Shown here: positions 27,440 through 37,224 of the stretch, one piece after another
Layout of the letters: each line of letters begins with the position of its first letter
How positions within the stretch are numbered: position 1 is the stretch's first letter
Source of the DNA: Candidatus Aenigmatarchaeota archaeon
GTDB lineage: Archaea; Aenigmatarchaeota; Aenigmatarchaeia; QMZP01; JAFGSV01
Length of the DNA stretch: 64,000 nucleotides
Direction of reading: 5' to 3'
Assembly: GCA_016931255.1 (NCBI GenBank)
Contig: JAFGFG010000009.1
Coordinates: 24,543-88,542 of the forward strand
The notes under the pieces: model-generated
Told to the model about the DNA's origin: nothing
Seen by the model: the letters and a program-made list of their open reading frames with translations, nothing else
Databases searched by the model: none
Position numbers and translations under genes: made by a program

Positions 27440-29686
27440 ATGGCTTCAGGCGAATACACGTATGATGAAGACGAGCAGAAGCTCAGGCTCAATTATCTCG
27501 GTTCTGCTTTTGGCGCGAGTGTGGAGGATTATGCCGAATGCATGGCAGATGTCATAGACAAGATTCTCGAGGTCAAGAGCGTCAGGACAATAATACTGAC
27601 CAAGGACAGGGAATACGAGTACGGTCCGGACCAGACTAAGATGCTTGTGGAGATATCCAATGTCATAGAGGATGTCGTCCGTGAGAGGCTCACAGGAAGG
27701 ATAAAGGCAGCTGACAACCTCCAGAAGCGAATGATACCCGAGATGAACGCGCGTGTTCAGGAGATTGTGCTGAACCTCCTGAGGCGGGACCCCATAGGCG
27801 CCTATGTCGAGGTCATACGCGAGATGAGGCGCGTCAAGATAAAGGCAAAGCATACCAATCAGAAGAGCGTTTATGATTTCTACGTGGACTATCTGAAGAA
27901 TGTTCTCAATGTGCTGAAGACCAAGCTTGAGGCAACACAGATAATAAAGCTCGCAAAGCCTCACATAGCCGGATATACGCAGGGCGACAGGTCTCTCTAC
28001 CGTGAGATGTTCGTTCCGAGCATACGGCCTAACTTCATGCTCACCCGTTACATGATAACACCTCCTGAGAACGGCAGGTCTGTCAAGAGGTACAATGTAG
28101 GCGACACGGAAGTGGAGATTTTCAAGCTTCCTGACAGGGCTGAATACTTCTACTATGTTCTGCCTCCCGAGTTCATTCTCAGCGAAGAGAAGTATGCTGT
28201 GCTGGATTCCGCGCGGAGGTACATGGCTACCCATAGGCCGAAGGATGCTGAATTCGTCAGAACAGGAAAAATACGCGAGGTCTTCTTTAGCATAGGAAGG
28301 GACATGATACGGGAAGTGGCCGACCAGCAGAGGGTGCACCTGACATCAAAGGACATCGAGCAGCTTGCCACCATACTTACAAGGTATACAGCAGGCCTTG
28401 GCGTTCTCGAGATACTGCTTGCTGACGAGAAGATTCAGGACGTGTACGTCAACTCTCCTGTTGAGTCACAGCCCATACTGATAAACCATTCGGAGTTTGA
28501 GGAGTGCAGGACCAATCTCATACCGACGCAGGATGATGCCGAGGCATGGGCTACAAGGCTGAGGATGCAGTCTGGAAGGCCTCTGGACGAGGCCAATCCT
28601 GTATTGGACACTGATGTGTCTGTTCCGGGAGGGAATGCAAGGTTCTGCGTAATCACGAGAACGCTGTCTCCGCATGGCCTTGGCTTTGCCATAAGGAGGC
28701 ACAGGGACAAGCCATGGACGCTGCCGCTTTTCATAAACGCCAAGATGCTCACGCCTCTGGCTGCCGGCACACTTTCATTCCTCATAGACGGCACAGCGAG
28801 CATGCTGGTCGCAGGTGGGAGGGGCGCAGGTAAGACATCCATGCTTGCGAGCATAATGCTTGAGATACTGCCGAAAACAAGGATTGTCACCATAGAGGAT
28901 ACACTTGAACTGCCTGTGGACCAGCTCAGGGACATAGGATATAACATCGAGCGCCTGAAGTCCCGTTCTGTCCTGACAATGGTGGAAACAGAAGTGGCCT
29001 CGGACGAGGCTCTCAGGACTGCGCTAAGACTTGGTGATTCTGCGCTGGTTGTGGGCGAAGTCAGGTCAACGGAAGCCAGAGCCCTGTACGAAGCCATGAG
29101 AATAGGTGCGCTTTCCAATGTGGTTATGGGCACAATCCACGGCGAATCAGCTTATGGTGTCTTTGACAGGGTCGTGAATGACTTGGAAGTTCCCATGACA
29201 TCATTCAAGGCCACTGACATAATTCCCATATGCAAGAGCCTCCGTTCTGCTGACGGTCTCCACCGTTTCAGGCGAATGACAGAGATAACAGAAGTCCGCA
29301 AGAAATGGGAAAAGAACCCTGACAAGGAAGGCGGCTTCGTCAACCTTTTCGAATACTCCGCAAAAGAGGATGAGATGAAGCCTACGGATACACTTGTCAA
29401 CGGCGAATCCGAGACACTGAACAGGATTTCAAGCTACGTCAGGGAATGGCACGGCGACTGGGCAGCTGTGTGGGAAAACATAAAACTCAGGGCTGACATC
29501 AAGAAGGCCATGGTGGAAATGAGCATCAGGACGAAACGGCCTGAACTGATGGAGGCGGAATGGTGCGTGAAGTCGAATTCCATGTTCCACCTTTTCTCAG
29601 AAATCACGCAAAAGGATGTCGGGGCAGTTGAGGCAAAGACAGTCTACGATGAATGGCTCAAGTGGTTCAGGAGCAGCATAAGGTAA
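27440..29686 (+). CDS. type II/IV secretion / pilus assembly ATPase with long N-terminal extension
   Basis: AGGTGA RBS; GGRGAGKT Walker A, TIEDTLEL, LRLGDSALVVGEVRS, GTIHG. Confidence 0.93.
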   Translation: MASGEYTYDEDEQKLRLNYLGSAFGASVEDYAECMADVIDKILEVKSVRTIILTKDREYEYGPDQTKMLVEISNVIEDVVRERLTGRIKAADNLQKRMIPEMNARVQEIVLNLLRRDPIGAYVEVIREMRRVKIKAKHTNQKSVYDFYVDYLKNVLNVLKTKLEATQIIKLAKPHIAGYTQGDRSLYREMFVPSIRPNFMLTRYMITPPENGRSVKRYNVGDTEVEIFKLPDRAEYFYYVLPPEFILSEEKYAVLDSARRYMATHRPKDAEFVRTGKIREVFFSIGRDMIREVADQQRVHLTSKDIEQLATILTRYTAGLGVLEILLADEKIQDVYVNSPVESQPILINHSEFEECRTNLIPTQDDAEAWATRLRMQSGRPLDEANPVLDTDVSVPGGNARFCVITRTLSPHGLGFAIRRHRDKPWTLPLFINAKMLTPLAAGTLSFLIDGTASMLVAGGRGAGKTSMLASIMLEILPKTRIVTIEDTLELPVDQLRDIGYNIERLKSRSVLTMVETEVASDEALRTALRLGDSALVVGEVRSTEARALYEAMRIGALSNVVMGTIHGESAYGVFDRVVNDLEVPMTSFKATDIIPICKSLRSADGLHRFRRMTEITEVRKKWEKNPDKEGGFVNLFEYSAKEDEMKPTDTLVNGESETLNRISSYVREWHGDWAAVWENIKLRADIKKAMVEMSIRTKRPELMEAEWCVKSNSMFHLFSEITQKDVGAVEAKTVYDEWLKWFRSSIR

Positions 29687-29721
29687 TTTTTTTCTTTAAA
29701 GAAAACGAACAAATAATTAAC

Positions 29722-31821
29722 ATGTCGTTTTTCAGCAGGAAGAAGAAGGCTCCTCAGGCACCTGCTTACAGCACCGGCCAGCTTGATCCCAGAATGATAA
29801 ACATCTCATCAAGGGAGTACAGGCTTTACCGCAGCAAGTCGGAATTAAGGCTGAACTGGTATGAGCAGCTGGCCAAGTTCGCTGTCGGCATAATAAATGT
29901 GAGTTTTGACAAGAAGACCACGGATGACATAAATGCCGCAATAGACTTCACAGGACTGCGCATAAAGCCGAATGCGCCGACAGCTCTGTTCCTGATGAGC
30001 ATTATATTCTTCTCGTTCCTCGGAGGATTCCTGTTTGCGCTGAGGATAGTCCCGACAGCCTATGGAGTGATTGCATCAGTGATACTCGGGCTTGCTGTCG
30101 GGTACTTCCTGATGTCGTATCCGAAAAGCCATATGAAGACGCTCCGCATACAGGCAAGCTCGCAGGTCGTCCTTGCGATACTCTACATGGTGGTGAGCAT
30201 GAGGATATCGCCGAATGTCGAGCGCGCGCTGAGGTTCACGTCGTCCAACATATCAGGCATGCTTGCATGGGACATGAGAAGGCTCCTGTGGGACATAGAG
30301 ATGGGAAAATACTACTCAGCCAACGAAGCGCTTGCGAATTACATCGTCAAGTGGAAGCCTGAGAACGAGGAATTCTCGGAAGCGCTGAGAATGATAGTGG
30401 ATTCGCAGAGCCAGATCCAGGAAAAGGCTGAAAAGACTTTGGACGAGGCGCTCAGGGTTGTCCTTGAAGGGACGAGGGACAGGATGAAGCACTATGCGCA
30501 GGACCTTCAGATGCCTGTCACCATGATTCACATGATGGGCATAGTCCTTCCGATACTCGGCTCTGTGATGGCTCCGATGGCAGCAATTTTCCTGTCAGAC
30601 ATGATTACGCCATGGCATTTCCTTGCCGGATACGACATACTGCTGCCCATTCTGCTTGTGTGGTTCATAAACAACACGCTGAGCAAGCGTCCTGTGACAT
30701 TCTCAAAGATAGACGTCTCGCAGCATCCGAGCCTTCCGCCGCCGGGAAGCTTCATGATCAGGAGCGGTAAGAAGAGGATAATAGTGCCCGCATTACCCAT
30801 AGCGCTCCTTGTGGGGGCCCTCATACTAATAATGCCTGTGCTGTATTTCGCTGAGCATTCAGAATTTCTCATAGTCCCGATGGTCGATGACGGCAGTGGA
30901 AACATGGTGCCGTCTGAAATCCAGGACCCGGCTCCGGATACGACTCTCCTTATGTCCATACTGATAACAGTAGGAGCCGGAGCGTCGCTGTCCATATACT
31001 TCCTCCTCTCCAATCTCCAGCGCTCGCGAGTCGAGGCCACTGTATACAAGATGGAATCTGAATTTGAACTGGCTCTTTTCCAGCTGGGCAACAGGATATC
31101 CGGCGGCACACCTCTGGAGATAGCTGTTGAGAAGGCTGCTGTGGATGTGAAGGACATGGAGATTTCCAATCTCTTCCAGATTGTCCTGAGGAACATGCGC
31201 AACTTCGGGATGACATTCGAGAACGCGCTGATGAATCCCCAGAGCGGCGCGCTGAGATTCTACCCGAGCAGGCTGATACAGAACGTGATGAGAACCATAA
31301 CAGACACCGCCAGGAAGGGCGTGCAGTTCGCTTCGGAATCCATGCTCACTGTATCCAAGTACCTGAAAAGCGTGAGGGAGACACAGGAATACATGAGGAC
31401 GCTGCTTTCTGAAACCACGAGCAGCATGCAGTTCCAGGCTTATGGAATGGCACCGCTCGTGAGCGGCCTCATAGTGGCAATGTCCAGCGTCATCATACAG
31501 ATCATAGGATTCCTCGGCACCAGGCTCAACGAGTTCGGCCTGCAGGACAGCTTCGGCATAGACCCGAGCTCTATACTGGGGTCATCAAGTGCTGTGACCC
31601 CCGCGATGTTCCAGCTCATAATGGGAACGTACCTCATAGAGGTGATAATAATCCTTGCCATGTTCGTGACCAAGGTCAACAGGGGGGATGACAAGTCGAG
31701 CCAGTGGCTGCTGGCCGGAAAGATGATATTTATAGCTGTGATAATATACTCCATGGTTGCAATAGGCTCAAGTATGATGTTCGGCAGCATGATAGAGGAT
31801 GCGATGAGGACACTCGCGTAA
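29722..31821 (+). CDS. TadC/GspF/ArlJ-like pilus membrane platform protein (two fused repeats)
   Basis: Directly follows the ATPase; ILYMVVSMRISPNVERAL and LFQLGNRISGGTPLE repeats; many TMs. Confidence 0.82.
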   Translation: MSFFSRKKKAPQAPAYSTGQLDPRMINISSREYRLYRSKSELRLNWYEQLAKFAVGIINVSFDKKTTDDINAAIDFTGLRIKPNAPTALFLMSIIFFSFLGGFLFALRIVPTAYGVIASVILGLAVGYFLMSYPKSHMKTLRIQASSQVVLAILYMVVSMRISPNVERALRFTSSNISGMLAWDMRRLLWDIEMGKYYSANEALANYIVKWKPENEEFSEALRMIVDSQSQIQEKAEKTLDEALRVVLEGTRDRMKHYAQDLQMPVTMIHMMGIVLPILGSVMAPMAAIFLSDMITPWHFLAGYDILLPILLVWFINNTLSKRPVTFSKIDVSQHPSLPPPGSFMIRSGKKRIIVPALPIALLVGALILIMPVLYFAEHSEFLIVPMVDDGSGNMVPSEIQDPAPDTTLLMSILITVGAGASLSIYFLLSNLQRSRVEATVYKMESEFELALFQLGNRISGGTPLEIAVEKAAVDVKDMEISNLFQIVLRNMRNFGMTFENALMNPQSGALRFYPSRLIQNVMRTITDTARKGVQFASESMLTVSKYLKSVRETQEYMRTLLSETTSSMQFQAYGMAPLVSGLIVAMSSVIIQIIGFLGTRLNEFGLQDSFGIDPSSILGSSSAVTPAMFQLIMGTYLIEVIIILAMFVTKVNRGDDKSSQWLLAGKMIFIAVIIYSMVAIGSSMMFGSMIEDAMRTLA

Positions 31822-31848
31822 TTTATACCATAGTTACCAATACTAATT

Positions 31849-34737
31849 ATGATTCTCAAGGGAGTCCTCGGAACTGAGATGACGCTGGGGAGCTTCACCA
31901 AGCTGCTCATGGTCGTCTTTGTAATGATTGGATTCACGCTCTTCATAACAGGCGTTGCCACGAACATGAACGAGACGACCAGCAAGGCCTGCCAGAAATA
32001 TCCGGAGCTTCCTTTCTGCAGTGGAAGTGAAGATGACATTTCAGCATTAAATGACAAGATTGCGGTGCATTCCACACAGGCTCTCGCATGCGCGATAAAA
32101 AGCGAGTGGCTTGGAAGGTCGCAGGAATGCGCCGTTGGAATAAACGACCTTCGCAATAGTGACGATCTCGCACAGCTTTCTGGAATGGACCTCAGTGACG
32201 AGGATTTCTACATTCCCAGTGAATTTGCCAAAGTCGAATGCCATGCGGTAACCACAGTCGAGAATCCCGGAAAATCCAGAATAATAGAATATGATGGAGG
32301 CATAGCCAGCGACAATGTCTGCTACCAGTACGTCGAGGGCACAGGATGGATGTGGAGTGACTGTGATGAGGAACTCCTTCCATTGTCAGACCAGCACCCC
32401 CCCGGCGTGAACAATCTTCCCCTTGTCCACGACTATTTCAGGGACAATGTCATTGCTTTCGGTAATACAAAGACCGAATCGTACAATTACCTTCTGGGGC
32501 TTTTCGAGGGAACGCTGAACGGCAATAACTATGCAGTGCTTGACGACAGCGGGAAGAGGCTTGTTTACAATGATGACACCGAGAAGATATCCAACGACAG
32601 GATAAGAGTGTGGCATTCCATGTCATTGGAGGAATATGAAAGCTCTTCATGGGCAGATAAGATTGCCAATGGAAAAGGAGGCTTCTGGGAAGGAGATGAC
32701 GACAGAATATTCGTGGAATTGATTGAAAGGTCTGGTCCTATTTATATGACATCGGGAACAGTGATCCATAAGCTTTATGAGCAACTGGATTATTACACTC
32801 CGGGAACTGCAGTCACGCTTGCAACCACGACATGCAAGGTGAGCGACTTCTACCTGCCCCAGGATTTTGACCAGATAAGGATATTGGGAATTACCATGGA
32901 TGAGCCGAGAGCATGGGTCGCAGGTTTCGGGGACCCTGAATACATCGTGTACTGGCAGGACTTCCCCCAGGGAGAAGACTATTCATGGACAAGCCTCGGC
33001 ACATGGCTTGATTCTGCACTTTTCGTCTTCTTTGCAGGAGCTCCTCTTGGCGCAATGGTAAAAGGCACAAAATACCTTATCAAGGGGGTCGGGAAGACAG
33101 TGATAAGCGAGGCAGGCGGCGCATTGGCATCAAAAGGAGATGATGTGATTTCATCCATGTTCAAAACGACCTCAGCAACAGACGAATCCATCCAGTATAT
33201 AATATACGAAGAGGGCGTGACCAAGGCAACAAGAAGGGCAGTCCTCACAGAAGCTGTCGAGAAGGGGTTCTTTTCCAAGGTTGTCACCAATATGAACAGC
33301 TACTACAAGGGACCGAGCACCACGTGGCTGTTCACCAAGGCTGGCGTGCTGACCGGGGCTGCCTGGGCGGCTGCCTACATTGACAGCCTCAATGAGAAGT
33401 TTATGAAGCAGAAGTCATCGATGGTCCTGAAGATTCCATTCGCTGACCCGCAGCTTTTCATGATAGAAGAGATGGCATCAGCGCCTGCTGACACGTCTTA
33501 TGACATATTCGGACCGGATACGTATCTCGGCCGCGAATCCGGCTCATACCCGCTTGGCATTGTCAGGCCTGTGATGCTCGACAAGACAAGCACCATCACG
33601 CTTACGGATGGAGGAGAAGGCCTTCAGAAGGATACGCTGTTCTATCTTGCATCGCCATGCCTTGCAGACCTTGACATAAAAAGGGAAACCATCTACTGCA
33701 GCAAGTATCTGTATAACTCAGCTGACCAGACATTCACGTGTTCAGACCCTATCTCAAGGGAAAGCGCGGAGAAAATGAAGGCACTTGGTTTCGAGGGTGT
33801 CAAGCCTTGCGGCTCTGCGCCTATAACTCTTGACGCTTTCCAGAACAACAGGCTTTTCAATGACAACAACAACGACGGAAAGTGGGATGAGGTTGTTGTC
33901 TATGGGCTGATAAATGAGATAGACTGGCTGAAGATAAGGGATATAGACTTCGACGGGACCTTCGACGGCTATGAAGCCAAGATAGGCAACAATATCATTG
34001 TATCCACTGGTGAGAAAACAGGAAAGATAGACATGGGGCAGGACGGCACGTTCGACTACACGTTCACCATCGTTGACAGGACATATGAAGTTGCCGGTTA
34101 TACAACAGAGATGGAGATAAAGGACATGTCCGGCAATTCTGTCAGCAATTCATGGTCATATCGAATGCAGGCGAAGGACCTCGTTGTATTCAGTGCGGTG
34201 GACAAGGAAAACATACTTCTGGGGCTTCCCATCGCCAGCGGCACCAATGTTGAAGATATGGAATTCACATTCCTTCACGGGACAAGTGCTGAATTCAAGG
34301 ACCCAGCAGACCCCGGCCCGCATCCGCTGAAGATAACGGATACCACAGGTGACGGTAAGATAGACACATTTTCAATGGGAAGGATGAGGCTTCTTGTCAG
34401 GGACACAACAGGGGACGGCTACTGGAATCGCTATGATGAGGACGATGACGGTCATCCTGATGTCTACGATTACGACAGGGAATACGGCACCATATACAGC
34501 CAATACTGCAGTATAGAAGGCATCACGATCACACCTGAGCTGAAGGAAATAGGCAAGGGGAATAATTTTTGCTACACCAGAATAAAAGAAGGACAAGCCA
34601 CAGCAATAATGGTTGGGTCTGCTGTTTTTGGAATTGTACTGGAGCAGTTTACAGGTGGCGTAGCGTCAGCAATCGTGGTAGGCATAGTCAATACTGGAAT
34701 CGCGTATGCACAGATGCAGGTCAAGAACTGGCCGTGA
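31849..34737 (+). CDS. giant pilin-like protein with Ca-binding DxDxDG-type repeats and hydrophobic hairpins
   Basis: MILKG|VLGTE then TM (class III-like, Glu at +5); DNNNDGKWD, DIDFDGTFD, DMGQDGTFD, DTTGDGKID, DTTGDGYWN, DEDDDGHPD. Confidence 0.65.
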   Translation: MILKGVLGTEMTLGSFTKLLMVVFVMIGFTLFITGVATNMNETTSKACQKYPELPFCSGSEDDISALNDKIAVHSTQALACAIKSEWLGRSQECAVGINDLRNSDDLAQLSGMDLSDEDFYIPSEFAKVECHAVTTVENPGKSRIIEYDGGIASDNVCYQYVEGTGWMWSDCDEELLPLSDQHPPGVNNLPLVHDYFRDNVIAFGNTKTESYNYLLGLFEGTLNGNNYAVLDDSGKRLVYNDDTEKISNDRIRVWHSMSLEEYESSSWADKIANGKGGFWEGDDDRIFVELIERSGPIYMTSGTVIHKLYEQLDYYTPGTAVTLATTTCKVSDFYLPQDFDQIRILGITMDEPRAWVAGFGDPEYIVYWQDFPQGEDYSWTSLGTWLDSALFVFFAGAPLGAMVKGTKYLIKGVGKTVISEAGGALASKGDDVISSMFKTTSATDESIQYIIYEEGVTKATRRAVLTEAVEKGFFSKVVTNMNSYYKGPSTTWLFTKAGVLTGAAWAAAYIDSLNEKFMKQKSSMVLKIPFADPQLFMIEEMASAPADTSYDIFGPDTYLGRESGSYPLGIVRPVMLDKTSTITLTDGGEGLQKDTLFYLASPCLADLDIKRETIYCSKYLYNSADQTFTCSDPISRESAEKMKALGFEGVKPCGSAPITLDAFQNNRLFNDNNNDGKWDEVVVYGLINEIDWLKIRDIDFDGTFDGYEAKIGNNIIVSTGEKTGKIDMGQDGTFDYTFTIVDRTYEVAGYTTEMEIKDMSGNSVSNSWSYRMQAKDLVVFSAVDKENILLGLPIASGTNVEDMEFTFLHGTSAEFKDPADPGPHPLKITDTTGDGKIDTFSMGRMRLLVRDTTGDGYWNRYDEDDDGHPDVYDYDREYGTIYSQYCSIEGITITPELKEIGKGNNFCYTRIKEGQATAIMVGSAVFGIVLEQFTGGVASAIVVGIVNTGIAYAQMQVKNWP

Positions 34738-34767
34738 TTTTTTAACGAGCAAACCCAAGTAATATCC

Positions 34768-34947
34768 ATGGAAGTCACAATGGGGGTTGTCATAACAGCC
34801 ATAATAATTCTTGTAGCAGGGCTTGTCTTTGCCACTCTCATATTCGGCTGGAGCGGTGATGCCCGTTTATGGATGGAAAGCGTGATTTCTCCATTCCAGG
34901 ACAGCCTCACCGGCGACAGGGTCACGGACCAGACCGTGAAGCCTTAA
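34768..34947 (+). CDS. 59-aa pilin-like membrane peptide
   Basis: Manual ORF MEVTMGVVITAIIILVAGLVFATLIFGWSGDARLW... Confidence 0.55.
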   Translation: MEVTMGVVITAIIILVAGLVFATLIFGWSGDARLWMESVISPFQDSLTGDRVTDQTVKP

Positions 34948-34986
34948 GGTGCATATTTTTAAGTAATCCCGGCCATAATTATAAGC

Positions 34987-35298
34987 ATGAAAGGACTTTC
35001 GATGACGCTGAGCATAGTCATTGTGGCTATAGTTCTTCTCGTGACAGCCTTGGTTGTACTTACGATATTCGGCGGGCAGATGTCAAGATTTCTGAGCATT
35101 TTTGGTGGAGTTCAGGATGAGGCAGTTCTGCAGAGTGCATGTAATCAGAGATGTGCATCCTATTGCATGGGTCATCTGAATGACAACCTGAATGCATATT
35201 CTTGGACAAGCATGGGTTCAGTTAAGGATGCCAATGGAAAAGATGCACTGTGTTCCGATGTAATGAATGGAATATCAGACCAGTGCACATGCCTGTAA
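34987..35298 (+). CDS. pilin-like protein (candidate major pilin)
   Basis: MKG|LSMTLSIVIVAIVLLVTALVVLTIF; Cys-rich small head; own TATA-like box. Confidence 0.75.
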   Translation: MKGLSMTLSIVIVAIVLLVTALVVLTIFGGQMSRFLSIFGGVQDEAVLQSACNQRCASYCMGHLNDNLNAYSWTSMGSVKDANGKDALCSDVMNGISDQCTCL

Positions 35299-35334
35299 TT
35301 CTTATTTTTATTTTCTGTTCTTCATAACAGTTGT

Positions 35335-35988
35335 ATGAAGGCTTCATTTCCCGGCATCAATACGTGGCTATGGACGATTCTTACCATAATAGTGGTCGCA
35401 ATGGCTCTGTACTGGGCAATGGGCCAGTTCGACAACATGGAACTGTCAAAAGCAACAGGAAGCACGGACCTTGCTATAGACACGGTCGTCTACTCAGAGG
35501 CGTATCCCCAGGTTTCCCAGAGCCAGATGGTAAGATACCTTCAGGATAACGGTGGGGAGCAGCTGAAGGACAAGGGACTTGCATTTTACAGGCTCGGTGT
35601 CCAGTACAATACTGACCCGGCATTCGCTGTGGCTGTCTCAAGGAAGGAGACATCGCTTGGGAAGGACACGTGCCAGCACATAAGCAGTGACTGCAACAAC
35701 TTCTTCTGCATCAAGGACACTACTGGAAATAGTCCCTGCGGCATATGGGCATCATATGCAACGCCTGAGGACAGCATTGATGCGTTCTACAAGCTTATTG
35801 AGTATTACAAGGAAAGGGGGCAGGATACCATAAGCGAGATTGCATGCGGTCCTGGCTCAGGGTTCAGCCACAGCTCAGGTGATTACTGCTACTGCGAGAA
35901 GGGAGGCTCTTTCTGCCCTACATGGGTAAGCGGCACGTCAAGCGTGCCTGCATTCACAGCGGAAATCCGTAACTATATGGCAGTATGA
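35335..35988 (+). CDS. pilin-like protein with GH73 glucosaminidase / lysozyme-like domain
   Basis: MKA| then TM; YNTDPAFAVAVSRKETSLG...NNFFCIK...YATPEDSIDAFYKLI. Confidence 0.72.
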   Translation: MKASFPGINTWLWTILTIIVVAMALYWAMGQFDNMELSKATGSTDLAIDTVVYSEAYPQVSQSQMVRYLQDNGGEQLKDKGLAFYRLGVQYNTDPAFAVAVSRKETSLGKDTCQHISSDCNNFFCIKDTTGNSPCGIWASYATPEDSIDAFYKLIEYYKERGQDTISEIACGPGSGFSHSSGDYCYCEKGGSFCPTWVSGTSSVPAFTAEIRNYMAV

Positions 35989-36014
35989 TATATTAGACCA
36001 GTGCAAATATTATT

Positions 36015-36131
36015 ATGGGAAAGATGAAGGCCATAATCGCTGACATGGGAATGGGTATGATAGAGCTTATCCTGACAATAGCAGTCATAGCGATAATAAC
36101 AGGCTATGTCATAATGATGATGTCGTCTTAA
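36015..36131 (+). CDS. 38-aa minimal pilin-like peptide
   Basis: Manual ORF MGKMKA|IIADMGMGMIELILTIAVIAIITGYVIMMMSS*. Confidence 0.55.
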   Translation: MGKMKAIIADMGMGMIELILTIAVIAIITGYVIMMMSS

Positions 36132-36161
36132 GTTTTAAGACTGTTTCGCCAAGAATAATAT

Positions 36162-36776
36162 ATGAAAAAGGGAAACGAACTGATGGCGAAGCCCCTCATG
36201 GCAGTGATGAGCCTGATCCTTTTCATCATGGTGCTGGTTTTCATGTATATCCAGCTCTCTTCAATCCTTTCTGGACCCTGCTGGAAGGAGACAATGAAGG
36301 GGCTTGAATTCTTCAAGAGGGAGACAAACGACGACCCAAGGCTCGTTATGGACCCTGAATGCATGGAAAAGACAATCTTCACTTCCAGTCCCGTTGTCTG
36401 CAAGCTGGCGTGCAGCAGGATTGATGACGGGGAGAGGATGAGGGAGTGCTCGGCCAAGTGCTCAGTCAATGCTTCCGACAGCGGAAAGACATTCATAATA
36501 GCTGTCCCACTGGACAGGGGGATTCTTAAGAGAACATCGCAGGCTGTAAGCAATCGCAATGTCGAATGGATATTTCCAGACAAGATGGAGGTTTTCGTTG
36601 CTGACTGTACAATAAGCGACCTGGCAGGATTCACCGGCGAAGACGGGAACAGCGTCTGCACGAAGGACGGCAATTCGTGGGAATGCTTCCCACAGGAAGA
36701 ATCTGCGACATACCTGCTCAAGATGACAGTCAGCACAGGAGACATTTGCACCATTGAAGGGCTAAGGACTGTTTAG
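36162..36776 (+). CDS. pilin-like Cys-rich protein
   Basis: MKKG|NELM then TM; many Cys. Confidence 0.65.
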   Translation: MKKGNELMAKPLMAVMSLILFIMVLVFMYIQLSSILSGPCWKETMKGLEFFKRETNDDPRLVMDPECMEKTIFTSSPVVCKLACSRIDDGERMRECSAKCSVNASDSGKTFIIAVPLDRGILKRTSQAVSNRNVEWIFPDKMEVFVADCTISDLAGFTGEDGNSVCTKDGNSWECFPQEESATYLLKMTVSTGDICTIEGLRTV

Positions 36777-36789
36777 CGTTTGTGGTCTT

Positions 36790-37224
36790 ATGGAAAGCAG
36801 CAGAAGCATGGTTGCGGTTATATTCGCCCTGATACTCGTAATGATATACTGGGTTGCGTGCGTATACGTACTTAACCCAATCCTTCGCGCGGAAAGCTCG
36901 TATGTTGAGCAGAAGATGTCATTCTACATAGATACGATGTCTTCTGTGAGCAGCGGCTCAGTCAAAGTGGAGATACCAAAGAACACTGTCAGCGCAATAA
37001 GCGTTGAGAAGCTCGCTAAAGGTGATTACGATGACTACACGATTCCTGAAGACGGCTGGTACGTGGTGGTAGCATACAGGATTGCAGGAACTCTGAACAA
37101 AGGCGTAAGCAGGATAAACTCGTACCCTGATGACGACAATATCAGAAAGACATTTACGTCCCCTGAAGACTTCTGCATAATAAAGAATGCGGACATGGAT
37201 TACGCGGTGGTGGGAAAATGCTGA
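36790..37224 (+). CDS. membrane-anchored protein, probable minor pilin
   Basis: N-terminal TM then beta-rich domain; operonic. Confidence 0.55.
   Translation: MESSRSMVAVIFALILVMIYWVACVYVLNPILRAESSYVEQKMSFYIDTMSSVSSGSVKVEIPKNTVSAISVEKLAKGDYDDYTIPEDGWYVVVAYRIAGTLNKGVSRINSYPDDDNIRKTFTSPEDFCIIKNADMDYAVVGKC

Noticed and set aside
27446-32156. Long minus-strand ORFs (297, 232, 224, 238 aa) over the pilus locus
   Set aside because: Antisense shadows of well-supported plus-strand genes
34735-34947. Possible TGA readthrough fusing the 962-aa protein to the in-frame 59-aa ORF
   Set aside because: TGA is a normal stop throughout the window, a T-run follows it, and the small ORF has its own ATG; no recoding signal seen
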